DNA from: Tubiluchus corallicola
Taxonomy: Eukaryota; Animalia; Priapulida
Length of the DNA: 64,000 bases
Assembly: GCA_030141605.1 (NCBI GenBank)
Contig: JAQGDQ010000963.1
Location: forward strand, 1 to 64,000
Reading direction: 5' to 3'
Shown here: one piece after another, positions 62,986 through 64,000 of the stretch
Numbering within the stretch: the stretch's first letter is position 1
How the letters are laid out: each line of letters opens with the position of its first letter
The notes under the pieces: model-generated
The model's database searches: none
The model's input: only the letters and a program-made list of their open reading frames with translations
Told to the model about the DNA's origin: nothing
Made by a program: the position numbers and the translations under genes

Positions 62986-64000
62986 TGTCGTGAACTGATT
63001 CACGAGTTTGTTTATGAACTTTATAACTTTACAGCAAGTTAGACTACAGTGAATCATTTTCTCACCTGACTGGTTTCTGATATGCATTGCCCACGGTTAA
63101 CCAGTTTCAAGTGATTTGAGCTGTTACATGTTCTAATCTAGTAGTCACAACGTAGTGTACAGGAAAGAGAGTCAATAATAAAGTGTTTGTGCTACTAAAG
63201 CAGTTTGGTTTGTTGCTACATATATTGACTGTCCCTTTTTCACATTGGTGCCAGTGCCCACTACTACTTGGGTATGCTGTAACACTTAGAAGGACTGTGA
63301 GTAAAATGATTTTCATTATGCTGATTTCTGATTCACAGTAAATTCTTTTTCCTTTTACCCTCTTCTATGTGGTATCTACCTGTTTACCTGCTATAGCATT
63401 TTGACATTTTCAATCAAACACAGTATTATATTGTTGCCTTTACCTTTACCTTGTGCGGGGGAGGGCTTTGCACTTGTATGCTGTTTTGTAAAGGTTCTAT
63501 TTGCAGTGTAAGGCAAAATGCCAGTGGATACCAGAGCGCAGTAGAAGAAAAAGCTAATATCAGTAGTTGAGCAACTGACTAAGCGTGCGCAGCAAGTTCT
63601 TGGTGACAATAATCCTTTTTTGGCAACAGAGGAAACCTTTGTTCAGCATAGAGCAGCTGTAGAAGGAGCACAAACATCCATAAAAAGGTACTTCTCTGAA
63701 CTAACAAAACATTTCGATGAATTAATAGAGACAAAAGATGATGAGATGGAGAAGGAGGCTCTGTGAGTGGAAAGTTTTCCTTTACTGGATCAACTCCAAA
63801 CTTTTGTTGAGCAAGTCGATGCATCTCGTATGCTGATTCAAGAGAAGTTGGAGCTAGAAAGAGAAACAAAACCAACAGTAGTTCAGCCACCTGTGTCTCA
63901 GGCATATGGTTCACGTCAAGCGTTAAATACGTCAGCTACTGATGATGATGACAGCAATGACGATGACCGTGTCACTGTTAATTCAGCAGCTACATCTGTA
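62986..64000 (+). mobile_element. BEL/Pao LTR retrotransposon, second copy in inverted orientation (LTR 62986-63244, PBS at 63245, gag from 63518), runs off window
   Basis: Reverse complement of 51795-52827 with few differences; TGT...ACA LTR with AATAAA; gag stops at 63542 and 63764. Confidence 0.92.

Overview
AT-rich, repeat-dense animal (invertebrate-like) genomic DNA. The main feature is a plus-strand spliced gene whose 26 hand-traced GT-AG exons (6225-45542, about 1415 codons, phases consistent) translate to the N-terminal two-thirds of URB1/NPA1 (nucleolar pre-ribosomal-associated protein 1). No stop codon or further exon was found, so the gene probably continues past the window. Its introns carry non-autonomous DNA transposons (hAT, piggyBac-like, Kolobok-like, Tigger/pogo-like, a deleted Tc1/mariner), LINE/SINE fragments and many micro/minisatellites. 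Two tandem arrays (120 bp and 96 bp) copy an exon end together with its splice donor in frame. After exon 26 come two satellites, then a ~10 kb cassette bracketed by two inverted, defective BEL/Pao LTR retrotransposons. The cassette holds a tandem duplication of an intronless minus-strand cadherin-like gene (signal peptide, ~5 EC-like repeats, TM, 8-aa tail). The two copies differ almost only at amino-acid-changing sites clustered in EC1 and EC4/5, while their 3' flanks are near-identical. This makes the pair the best candidate for an undescribed, rapidly diversifying cell-surface recognition system. All family calls come from recalled motifs; no search was run.
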